Below, piece by piece: positions 37,991 through 45,238 of a stretch of DNA of 64,000 bases. The stretch's first letter is position 1; every line of letters starts with the position of its first letter. Position numbers and translations under genes: made by a program. The notes beneath the pieces were generated by a model. It had not been told where the DNA came from, did no database searches, and was given only the letters and a program-made list of their open reading frames with translations. The DNA lies in IMG/VR virus record IMGVR_UViG_3300048996_000137, positions 627 to 64,626 of that record. One strand, written 5' to 3'. Source of the DNA: a virus (taxonomy: Duplodnaviria; Caudoviricetes).

Positions 37991-38645
37991 AAAACTCTCG
38001 TCGCTTCACGATCGCGTGCACGAAGGGAAACACCGCGCGCAGCTTCGCGTAGTCGTTCGGAAACTTGTCGTGCAGCCAAAGCACATCGGGCGTCGCAAGC
38101 CCGATGCCCGTCATCGCTCCGCCGCTCGACTCGGGCAGCGGGATCTTGTGCACCGCCAAGTAGCCGAGCACGTCGGCTTTGCCCCAGCCGACGAGCGGAT
38201 GCATCACGTCGGTGTAGTGAGCGGTGTTAGCGAGGTTGCGCTTGCGCCAGAGCGAATCGCCGCGGCGCGCGCCCGTCGCGATCATCTTGATGCCCGTGCG
38301 ATCGATCATCAGGTTGTAGATGTCGCGCAGCTTCACCTCGGGCAGGTCTTCGAGCTTCCAGCTCGGGAACATGTAGAAGCCGTACTTGAGCGAGCGCGCC
38401 ACCGTCCAGTGCGGCACCTGATGGATCGTGACGCCGTAGCGACTGCGCGCGAGCTCGAGCCGCCGCTCGATCACCTCGAGCCCCGGGATGAAGTACATGA
38501 AGAACGCTTCGACCCGCGCGAACGTGCGCACGCACATGTCGAGGACGCACAGCGAATCCTTGCCCGCGCTGAACGACACGAGGCACGCGTCGCTGCGCTC
38601 CTTGGCCTTGTTCAGGATCCCGAACGTTTCCTGCAGCGGGTCCAT
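37974..38645 (-). CDS. PAPS-reductase-like (PP-loop/adenine nucleotide alpha hydrolase) protein
   Basis: SFSAGKDSL, TGARRGDSL.R, PL..W...DV..Y. Confidence 0.9.
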   Translation of the reverse strand: MDPLQETFGILNKAKERSDACLVSFSAGKDSLCVLDMCVRTFARVEAFFMYFIPGLEVIERRLELARSRYGVTIHQVPHWTVARSLKYGFYMFPSWKLEDLPEVKLRDIYNLMIDRTGIKMIATGARRGDSLWRKRNLANTAHYTDVMHPLVGWGKADVLGYLAVHKIPLPESSGGAMTGIGLATPDVLWLHDKFPNDYAKLRAVFPFVHAIVKRREFYGVGI

Positions 38646-38654
38646 CGGCGCGGA

Positions 38655-38891
38655 TCAGCCCGCGCCGCCGCGCGAGAACTTGCCGCCCTTCTCGTGGCGG
38701 TAGTCGCCTTTGCCACCGCCGCCGCCGCCGCCGCCGCCGCCAAAAAGACGACGAAGAGCCGCGCCCGCTGCAGCGGCCGCCGTCTTGATCGAGAACGTGC
38801 GGCCGCTCTTCTTCTTCTTGCGCGAGCCCGAGGAGCGCCTCAGCGCGGCTGTGCCGCCGCCGAATCGACCACCAACGTTTGTCGTCGCCAT
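38655..38891 (-). CDS. Basic Gly-rich peptide B (78 aa)
   Basis: GAGG RBS; ends GGKGDYRHEKGGKFSRGGAG. Confidence 0.75.
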   Translation of the reverse strand: MATTNVGGRFGGGTAALRRSSGSRKKKKSGRTFSIKTAAAAAGAALRRLFGGGGGGGGGGKGDYRHEKGGKFSRGGAG

Positions 38892-38967
38892 CGTCGAAGC
38901 CCCTCGGTTGAAAGTCCAAAACGAGAAAGAGGGCACGCGGCTGCGTGCCCTCTTTCGGAACTCGGGA

Positions 38968-39114
38968 TCAGCCCGCGCCGCCGCGCGAGAACTTGCCGCC
39001 CTTTTCGTGGCGGTAGTCGCCCTTGCCGCCTTTGCCGCGGCCTTTCTTCGACTTGCCCGCGCCCGCCGCAGCGCCCGCCGTTTTCACTGCCATCGTTACG
39101 TTTTTGCGTGCCAT
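38968..39114 (-). CDS. Basic Gly-rich peptide A (48 aa; below ORF-track cutoff)
   Basis: GAGGAG RBS; hand translation MARKNVTMAVKTAGAAAGAGKSKKGRGKGGKGDYRHEKGGKFSRGGAG. Confidence 0.75.
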   Translation of the reverse strand: MARKNVTMAVKTAGAAAGAGKSKKGRGKGGKGDYRHEKGGKFSRGGAG

Positions 39115-39270
39115 GGAGTCTCTCCTCGCGCGCGTGCGCGTCTGTGTCCGGTTGTCCGGCTCAAGCGCGGCTCGAACTGCCGGTCAATCTCGTCCTCGAC
39201 TGCTGACGACACAACCCCAGTGACATGCACCGAGGCTGCGCGAGCCCTATGAATGGGTGCTGCGCCAGCC

Positions 39271-39306
39271 GTCGCCCGTTGTCGCTGGCTGTCGCTCGCT
39301 GTCGCT
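39271..39306. repeat. Four GTCGC repeats at exact 10-bp spacing
   Basis: GTCGC at 39271, 39281, 39291, 39301 in divergent intergenic region. Confidence 0.7.
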
Positions 39307-39333
39307 CCAATCGTCGTCTAGTGTGCGGCTGCG

Positions 39334-39564
39334 ATGGACCAAAACCCTACAGACGACGAAGACCACGTGCCGACGGGCCCAAGCGCAGCGCTGCTCGGTC
39401 TCGACGGCGAAGACCTGTTCACCGAGATCGTCGAGCTCGTGCGCGACAAGGACGCGTGGCTCGCGTTCATCGCGAGCAAAGAAGCCGAAATCCGCGCGAT
39501 GGCGCTCGATGACGAGGCCGCGGAGCTGATTTTGCGACGGTTGCGCGGCGAAACGGACGAGTGA
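39334..39564 (+). CDS. Acidic hypothetical protein
   Basis: Coupled to next ORF. Confidence 0.5.
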   Translation: MDQNPTDDEDHVPTGPSAALLGLDGEDLFTEIVELVRDKDAWLAFIASKEAEIRAMALDDEAAELILRRLRGETDE

Positions 39565-39986
39565 TGGTCCGCAAGCGCAAACGAGGCCGTGTGGTCAAAG
39601 CTGTGCCGCCCGAGCTCGCGCTGCCGACGCCGGTCTCGCCCCTGGTCGCGATCGGCATGGCCGACCACCTCGGCAAGTTCATGGCGCTGCCGTCGCGCAT
39701 CCGGACCGCCGGCGAGCTCGTCCACGAAGCCGACGTCGGCGACGTCTCCGTGAGCGGAACCCGCAACGCACTCAAGCTCGCGAAGGCGTTGCTCGAGCAA
39801 GCGGCGCGCGACGTGGACAAGCGGCTGGCCACGCTCGAAGAGAAGCTCGAGCGCGCCGTCAACGAAAAACTGACGAGCGTCGAAACGACCGCGACAAACG
39901 ACGCCGCGCGGCAAAATTCAAAAGCGAAAGCGAAACCCCTTCGGGGTTCGAAGGGGAAGAGGGGCCGGGGGCGCGAGCCGTTCTGA
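39561..39986 (+). CDS. Hypothetical coiled-coil protein
   Basis: Coupled ORF. Confidence 0.55.
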   Translation: MMVRKRKRGRVVKAVPPELALPTPVSPLVAIGMADHLGKFMALPSRIRTAGELVHEADVGDVSVSGTRNALKLAKALLEQAARDVDKRLATLEEKLERAVNEKLTSVETTATNDAARQNSKAKAKPLRGSKGKRGRGREPF

Positions 39987-40057
39987 AGCCGGAAAACTCC
40001 CGCACTCTGCACGGACGTTTGCGCGAGTTTCGCGCGTTGGTATGCTCGCCGGCCGAG

Positions 40058-40477
40058 ATGGCGAACACGCGACCCGTCACCTACACGACCCGCGTCTCGG
40101 TCCCGATCACGGCCGGACACCGCGAGGCGCTGCGACAGTGGTGCTCCGAACACGACACCGGCATGGGAATGCTGCTGCGCGAGAGCGCGCTCGAGTTCAT
40201 CGGACGCGCGGACCTGAGCCGCGCCGGCGACGCCCCGCCCATCACGGTCGGTCAGATGCTGCAGCGCCAGCCGTACACCCGGCAGGCCAAGCGCCACGGC
40301 CCCCGAATCGTCGTGCACTTCACGAAGCAGCAGCGCGCCGCGCTCGAGCACGCCGCGCTCGAGCGGAACGTGTCGCTCGCCAGCCTCATCCGAGACGCCT
40401 CGCTCGCCGCCATCGGCCTCAAGCCCGCGCCGCCCCTCGGGCGTGGTCGCCCGCTCGGCAGCCGGGCCGCCTCCTGA
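40058..40477 (+). CDS. Tandem ribbon-helix-helix DNA-binding protein
   Basis: Two RHH-like units: RVSVPIT....AL...LLRE.AL..IG and RIVVHFT....AL..AA....SLASLIRD..L..IG. Confidence 0.7.
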   Translation: MANTRPVTYTTRVSVPITAGHREALRQWCSEHDTGMGMLLRESALEFIGRADLSRAGDAPPITVGQMLQRQPYTRQAKRHGPRIVVHFTKQQRAALEHAALERNVSLASLIRDASLAAIGLKPAPPLGRGRPLGSRAAS

Positions 40478-40812
40478 GCTCTGTGTGTGTGGCAGGCCCT
40501 CCCTGTTGTGGGGGGCGCTCCCCCCAGTGAGGGGTGCAAGTGGCCTTGCAGACAGGCCCCAGGCCCCCCCAGGGCCCCAGGCCCCTCAGGCCCCCCAGGC
40601 AGGCCCCAGGGCCCTCAGGCCCCAGGCAGGGCCCCAGGCAGGCCCCAGGGGGCCCTGTTGACACCATCCCAGGACCATGCCAGCATACCAACTCCCCCCT
40701 CACTGGGGGGCGCAAGGGGCCCCTCAGGGGGCCTGGAATGCTCCCACATGCCCCCTCCTGAGGGGGGCCAGCTGGACAGCTGCCTAGGCCCCCCACAGGG
40801 GGGAAACCTGGC
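40478..40812. repeat. CpG-depleted non-coding island with CAGG/C-run repeats and 15-bp inverted repeat
   Basis: Only two CG dinucleotides seen; AGGCCCC-type repeats 40554-40650; IR 40520-40534/40696-40710. Confidence 0.85.
40658..40686 (+). promoter_or_regulatory. Candidate sigma70-type early promoter
   Basis: TTGACA-N17-CAGCAT upstream of early operon. Confidence 0.5.
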
Positions 40813-40935
40813 GCCGTTCTCTGAAAACTGAATCAGCCCAGACAGCTCGACGCCCCCTGGGGGGGCTCCTAGCCGGTCTCGTTCAACGCCGCGCAACACG
40901 CGCGGCGTTGATAAGGCCGGAATAGGAGCATACCA

Positions 40936-41322
40936 ATGTCGTCGAAGCATCATCAGCACCAACAGAGTCGGCAGCAGCCGGCTCAGCCTGCCGCAACGAC
41001 GGTCGTCGCAATCGCGCCGCCTGCCGCTGCACCGGGGGCCAAGCCTGTAGAGGCAACGCCGCCGGCGGAGGCCAAACCTGAAGCCAAGCCAGAAGCGAAG
41101 CCGGAGGGGAAGCCTGCGAAGCGGGCCGTGGTGCTGGGGGAACACGAGACGAAGATGCTGGAGATCAATCCCAACGACATCCTGTTGTTGGTCAAGAGCT
41201 ACGCGTTGACGCTCGGGTGCACTGCAGACCAGATCGCGGCGATCAACGCCGCACTGGTCAAAAAGCACGGCGACGCACTGGAAGCGATCGCTGCGGTGTT
41301 TCCCCCAGTACCTGCGGACTGA
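40936..41322 (+). CDS. Early hypothetical protein with PEAK repeats
   Basis: AGGAG RBS. Confidence 0.7.
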   Translation: MSSKHHQHQQSRQQPAQPAATTVVAIAPPAAAPGAKPVEATPPAEAKPEAKPEAKPEGKPAKRAVVLGEHETKMLEINPNDILLLVKSYALTLGCTADQIAAINAALVKKHGDALEAIAAVFPPVPAD

Positions 41323-41435
41323 CATCCCTGTGGGGGCGCGCACTGCGCGTGCGCGCTCCCCACGCCCCACGCCACGAGATGTTTCGTGACGTGAGGCGTG
41401 TGGCGGCAAGTCGCCGCCCACGGGGAGTTGTTCCG

Positions 41436-41669
41436 ATGAAGTACGACGTTGTTGTGCATCGCACCGGTCACGTGTGGCCGGCGCAGACCGAAGCTGAAGC
41501 GATTGCGACTGCTCGCACCGTTTCACGCAACGAGCTCGGCCCAGTGTTCACGTTCGTGAACGGCCAGCAGGATCGCGAGTACACGAACGGCAAGTGCGTG
41601 GCGCGTTACTACCGCCACAGCACCCCGGCGAAGAAAGCGGTCAAGAACCGAAGCCGCAAGGCTGCTTAG
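41436..41669 (+). CDS. Early hypothetical protein
   Basis: GGGAG RBS; MKYDVVV start. Confidence 0.65.
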   Translation: MKYDVVVHRTGHVWPAQTEAEAIATARTVSRNELGPVFTFVNGQQDREYTNGKCVARYYRHSTPAKKAVKNRSRKAA

Positions 41670-41771
41670 TCCCGACGGCTTGGCGCGCACGGATGCGCGC
41701 CGCTTGTCGCCAGGCACTCACAACGGTGGGCGCTTGGCGCAAGGCAATCCGCCGAAACGAAAGGGACGTGA

Positions 41772-41972
41772 ATGACTCTGACTCGAGACCAGCTCGAGGC
41801 TGGCAATCACGAATGCGTGCGAGCGCAGTCGTGGTGGGAACACGACGCGCAAGGCATTCCGCTCTGCCGCGTGTGTGACGAGTGCCGCGAAGCAAAGCTG
41901 TCGCGGTACAGGCCGGAGATTCTCACCGGCTACGACCAGAGCGATGTGAACGAGCCGATCGAGGCCGATTGA
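41772..41972 (+). CDS. Small Cys-containing phage protein
   Basis: DAQGIPLCRVC..C...KL..YRPEI. Confidence 0.7.
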   Translation: MTLTRDQLEAGNHECVRAQSWWEHDAQGIPLCRVCDECREAKLSRYRPEILTGYDQSDVNEPIEAD

Positions 41973-42175
41973 TGATCTGGGCGCACCCCTCGCCGAACGT
42001 GTGGACGCACGGTGACTGGAGCATCGAGCGCGTCGGTCATGGCTTCCAAGTCTGGCGCGTGCTCGACCCCAGGACGCGCCTGAGAAAGAAGCGCGGCAGC
42101 TACGCGTCGCTGGACGACGCGAAGCAGGCCGTCGCTGAAATGATCGCGGCGCTCTACGCACTCGGAGAGCCGTGA
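41972..42175 (+). CDS. Early hypothetical protein
   Basis: TGATG coupling; SLDDAKQA. Confidence 0.6.
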   Translation: MIWAHPSPNVWTHGDWSIERVGHGFQVWRVLDPRTRLRKKRGSYASLDDAKQAVAEMIAALYALGEP

Positions 42176-42271
42176 ACGCCCCGCGTACCTCCCGGTACGC
42201 GGCAGCAGCTGACGCATGGCCGCCGTCAGCTGCTGCCGCGTGCTGAACCCAGCACGGGAAAGGAGGCAAAA

Positions 42272-42562
42272 ATGAACTACCGCAAAGTCGCGACCAAGTT
42301 CCCCCTCGGGCGCGTGGTCACGACGCCGAACGCCGCGAACGAGGTCGCTCAACCGACCCTGCTCGCGGCGCTCGCGCGTCATGCCAACGGCGACTGGGGT
42401 GAAGTGCACGCAGACGATGTCGGTGCCAATGACCGCGCGCTCAAGGCTGGCGATCGGCTCCTGTCGGTCTACCCGATCACACCCGAGTCGTCGGAGCGCT
42501 TCTGGATCATCACCGAAGCCGACCGCAGCTCCACCACGATCTTGCTGCCCGAAGACTACTGA
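42272..42562 (+). CDS. Conserved plasmid/phage leading-region protein
   Basis: F.LGR.V.TP.A, RH..GDWG, RLLS.Y, WIITEADRS.TTILLPEDY. Confidence 0.85.
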   Translation: MNYRKVATKFPLGRVVTTPNAANEVAQPTLLAALARHANGDWGEVHADDVGANDRALKAGDRLLSVYPITPESSERFWIITEADRSSTTILLPEDY

Positions 42563-42571
42563 CAGCTGACG

Positions 42572-42675
42572 CACGGGGCGTCGAAACGCGTCCGCCGCAC
42601 AAGCGCGCGATGCCAGCGGCGACGGACGCGTCCGCACGGAATGGACCGTGCGCTGATGAGATGGAGTTCCCCGTG
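42572..42675 (+). ncRNA. Hammerhead ribozyme, type II (copy 1)
   Basis: GTC-GAAA-C stem III (GCGTCCG/CGGACGC) GTC, stem I CGCACGG/CCGTGCG, CTGATGA-GAT; outer stem CACGGGG/CCCCGTG. Confidence 0.88.
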
Positions 42676-43092
42676 TTGATCATTGAAAACCAAAACTACT
42701 TCGAGAAGGTGCTGCGCTTCGCGCGCGCGACCGACCAGTTGCCGAAGCTACTCAAAGAGCTTTGGCGCCTGCACACGTTCGGGCAAGCACGCGAAGTTCC
42801 CGACCAGCCGCCCGCATTCGCCGAGGGCTGCGGACAGTTTCCGCCACCCGAATGGACGAAGTACGGCGACCAAACGCAGTGCTTTCTACACTCGGACTTC
42901 GCGCCGGCGAGCTTTTACTTTGTGCTCGAGAAGGGCGGCCAGCGCTGGTTCAACGGCGGGCTCATCTACCACGGCAAACAAGCGGGCTGGACGATGCCCA
43001 ACGGCCAAGTCATCCCCGAAGGCTTCGGTGTCGAGACCTTCAACGTGCAGCTCGTGAGCTCTCCCGAAAACCCCTGGAGCATCAACACATGA
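42673..43092 (+). CDS. DUF4120-like protein
   Basis: DFAP.SF.F, NGGLIYHG, F.V.L....WSINT. Confidence 0.7.
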   Translation: MLIIENQNYFEKVLRFARATDQLPKLLKELWRLHTFGQAREVPDQPPAFAEGCGQFPPPEWTKYGDQTQCFLHSDFAPASFYFVLEKGGQRWFNGGLIYHGKQAGWTMPNGQVIPEGFGVETFNVQLVSSPENPWSINT

Positions 43093-43262
43093 GCCGGCCC
43101 GACAGCTATCCGGAGCCCACAGACGAAGAGCCGAGCCACGATCAGCTCCAAGAGTGGGTGTGCGACAGCATGTGCGAAGCGACCGACGGTTGCTGCATCG
43201 AACCCGATGGCATCTGCGAGCACGGTCACCCGAGCTGGCTCATTCACTACGGCTTGATCTAG
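43089..43262 (+). CDS. Small Cys/His phage protein
   Basis: CEATDGC.IEPDG.CEHGHPSWL. Confidence 0.75.
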   Translation: MSRPDSYPEPTDEEPSHDQLQEWVCDSMCEATDGCCIEPDGICEHGHPSWLIHYGLI

Positions 43263-43316
43263 GTCGAAACGCGCGGAGCTCCGCGCGTCGCGCCGTATAC
43301 GGCGCCTGATGAGACC
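43262..43316 (+). ncRNA. Hammerhead ribozyme, type II (copy 2)
   Basis: GGTC-GAAA-CGCGCGG agct CCGCGCG-TC-GCGCCG tata CGGCGC-CTGATGA-GACC. Confidence 0.92.
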
Positions 43317-43330
43317 AACGGAGCATACCA

Positions 43331-43573
43331 ATGATGTTACGACGTGACGAATATCTGTACGTGGCCATGCCGAACGACACGCTCGTTCGCGTGGCCGCGA
43401 TTTTCCCGACGGTTGCGGCTGCGAACGCGCACTTGCACGAGCATCCGCACCACATGGTGGCCGCGCGCTTCGAGAAAATGATCGTGCTGTGCGCGGTGCG
43501 CGACTCGGGCTTCCATCCGCCGAGCGAGCTCCTGCGCAAGCGCAAGGCCAAGCGACGCAAGAGCCCCAAGTGA
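43331..43573 (+). CDS. Early hypothetical protein (paralog of 44509..44745)
   Basis: RV.AIF.....AN.H..EH shared with 44509..44745. Confidence 0.65.
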   Translation: MMLRRDEYLYVAMPNDTLVRVAAIFPTVAAANAHLHEHPHHMVAARFEKMIVLCAVRDSGFHPPSELLRKRKAKRRKSPK

Positions 43574-43887
43574 CGACGCACATCACAGACAATCACAAGC
43601 GCGCGCTCGACTGGATCATCGAATGTCCGGACAACGTTGCCCTCGTGTCGTGTTTCGTGGACGGCAAACCGACCGCGGCGATCGTCGCAGTCAGCGACGA
43701 TCGGGCCGGACCCGTGCTGCAAGCGCTGTTCATCGCGCCGACCGACGAGATGGTGCTCACCGAGCACCACGAGGCGCGAACGCCCGCTGAGCAACGTGTC
43801 TGGGAGTTGCTCGAGAAAGCCCAGATGGCCGAGGCGAACATCGAGCCCGACGAGCTCTTGCGCGCGCTGCGAGGAGGTGACTCGTGA
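43570..43887 (+). CDS. Hypothetical protein
   Basis: GTGA coupling; ALVSC..DG.P.A.I. Confidence 0.6.
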   Translation: MTTHITDNHKRALDWIIECPDNVALVSCFVDGKPTAAIVAVSDDRAGPVLQALFIAPTDEMVLTEHHEARTPAEQRVWELLEKAQMAEANIEPDELLRALRGGDS

Positions 43888-44273
43888 CGCCCGAATCGTT
43901 CGGCCACGTCTACTGGCTGCCTCGGCTCGGAAACTGGTCCGACGACAAGTTGCCGCGCCGTCGCGGCAACCTCGTTCTGCAGCGCTGGATCTGCGCCGGC
44001 AAACACCATCGTCCGATGGTCGTTCGCGAGAGCGTGCTGCGCGCGGTCTTGCGATCGGTGCGCAAGCGCAACCCCTCGGTCGTCGTGCGCTCGCACGCGA
44101 TCGAGGTGCAGTACGACCGGGGCCGCATCTGCCTGCACTTGCACGACGCGACCGAAGTGCTCGGCAAGCTGTTTCACTTTCACCTGCAGCAACAGCCCGC
44201 ACTCACGCCGCCGACCGTCCATCCGCTCGAGCTCGCCGAGGTTGAGGAACTAAAACAAAGGACAACGCCATGA
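43884..44273 (+). CDS. Hypothetical protein
   Basis: GGAGG RBS; coupled. Confidence 0.55.
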   Translation: MTPESFGHVYWLPRLGNWSDDKLPRRRGNLVLQRWICAGKHHRPMVVRESVLRAVLRSVRKRNPSVVVRSHAIEVQYDRGRICLHLHDATEVLGKLFHFHLQQQPALTPPTVHPLELAEVEELKQRTTP

Positions 44274-44512
44274 ACCGTGATTACGAAGACGGCTACATGC
44301 CTCGCTTCGAAGACGACTACGACCCCGACGACTACGACCCCGAGTTCGCGCACCCCGGCGGCGAAAGCGCGCTGCGCGCAGCAGGCCCCGACAACCCGCG
44401 CAACCTCCCATGCCCCAACTGCGGCGAGCCCGATCGGCTCACGCCCAAGGACAGGTCGCTCGGCTATCAGTGCGATGCGTGTGCGCGCGCGGCTGAAGGC
44501 TGGGGACCGTGA
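44270..44512 (+). CDS. Small Zn-ribbon phage protein
   Basis: PGG.SALRAA...NPRNLPCP.CG...RLT..D...GYQCD.CA. Confidence 0.75.
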   Translation: MNRDYEDGYMPRFEDDYDPDDYDPEFAHPGGESALRAAGPDNPRNLPCPNCGEPDRLTPKDRSLGYQCDACARAAEGWGP

Positions 44513-44745
44513 CAACGCTCCTCGGCCACGAGATCTACATCCGCTCCGGCCTCGGGCGCATGCTGCGCGTCACCGCGATCTTCACCGACGCCGAGCAAGC
44601 CAACGAGCACATGCTCGAGCACGCCGGTCAAAGCGTCATCGCAGTGATCGGCCCAACCTCCGACCCCGCGTTCATCCTGCTCGCCGAGGTGGCTGACAAG
44701 GGCTTCGCGCTCCGCCGGCCTGCAGTGGACACAACGCCCAAATAG
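44509..44745 (+). CDS. Early hypothetical protein (paralog of 43331..43573)
   Basis: LRVTAIFTDAEQANEHMLEH. Confidence 0.65.
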   Translation: MTTLLGHEIYIRSGLGRMLRVTAIFTDAEQANEHMLEHAGQSVIAVIGPTSDPAFILLAEVADKGFALRRPAVDTTPK

Positions 44746-44794
44746 AGCATACCATTCGCCCTCACCCACACCCCCCAAGGAGCACGGTCCAAAC

Positions 44795-45238
44795 ATGCTC
44801 TACTCGATTGGATATTCAGGGCTGAGCCCTCAGGAGCTCAAGCGCATGCTCGATCGGCTCGGCGTCGATGTACTCGTCGATGTTCGTGCCAAGCCGATGT
44901 CGCGCAAGCCCGGGTTCAGCAAAAAGGCGCTGCAGACTCAGCTCGGCGCGCGCTACGCATGGCATGGCGATGTGCTCGGTGGTCCAGGCGGCGGCGGCGC
45001 CGTGCAACCGCGCGGCCTCGCACTGCTCAAGCGTCTTCACGACTCCGGCAAGACCGTCATGATCATGTGCCTCGAACACAAACCTGAGCACTGCCATCGC
45101 CACACCGACATCGCGGCCAAGCTCTTGCCCGCGATCGAGGTCGAGCACGTGTTCGAAGACTCGATCGTGCTTGCGAGCGAGCTGCAGCACGCGCTCGACA
45201 CCGACGTCGCTGCGAAGCTCTACGACTTGCCGGAGTGA
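44795..45238 (+). CDS. DUF488 family protein
   Basis: YSIGY, LVDVR..P.SR.PGFSK, LGG, MC.E..P..CHR. Confidence 0.9.
   Translation: MLYSIGYSGLSPQELKRMLDRLGVDVLVDVRAKPMSRKPGFSKKALQTQLGARYAWHGDVLGGPGGGGAVQPRGLALLKRLHDSGKTVMIMCLEHKPEHCHRHTDIAAKLLPAIEVEHVFEDSIVLASELQHALDTDVAAKLYDLPE

Noticed and set aside
40554-40650. CRISPR array or coding repeats
   Set aside because: Units are 7-12 bp without unique spacers; overlapping Pro/Gly ORFs are low-complexity artefacts; no cas genes seen
41401-41416. Twister-sister ribozyme (GCAAGT loop)
   Set aside because: Loop resembles L4 but the required internal loop with the cleavage site is missing
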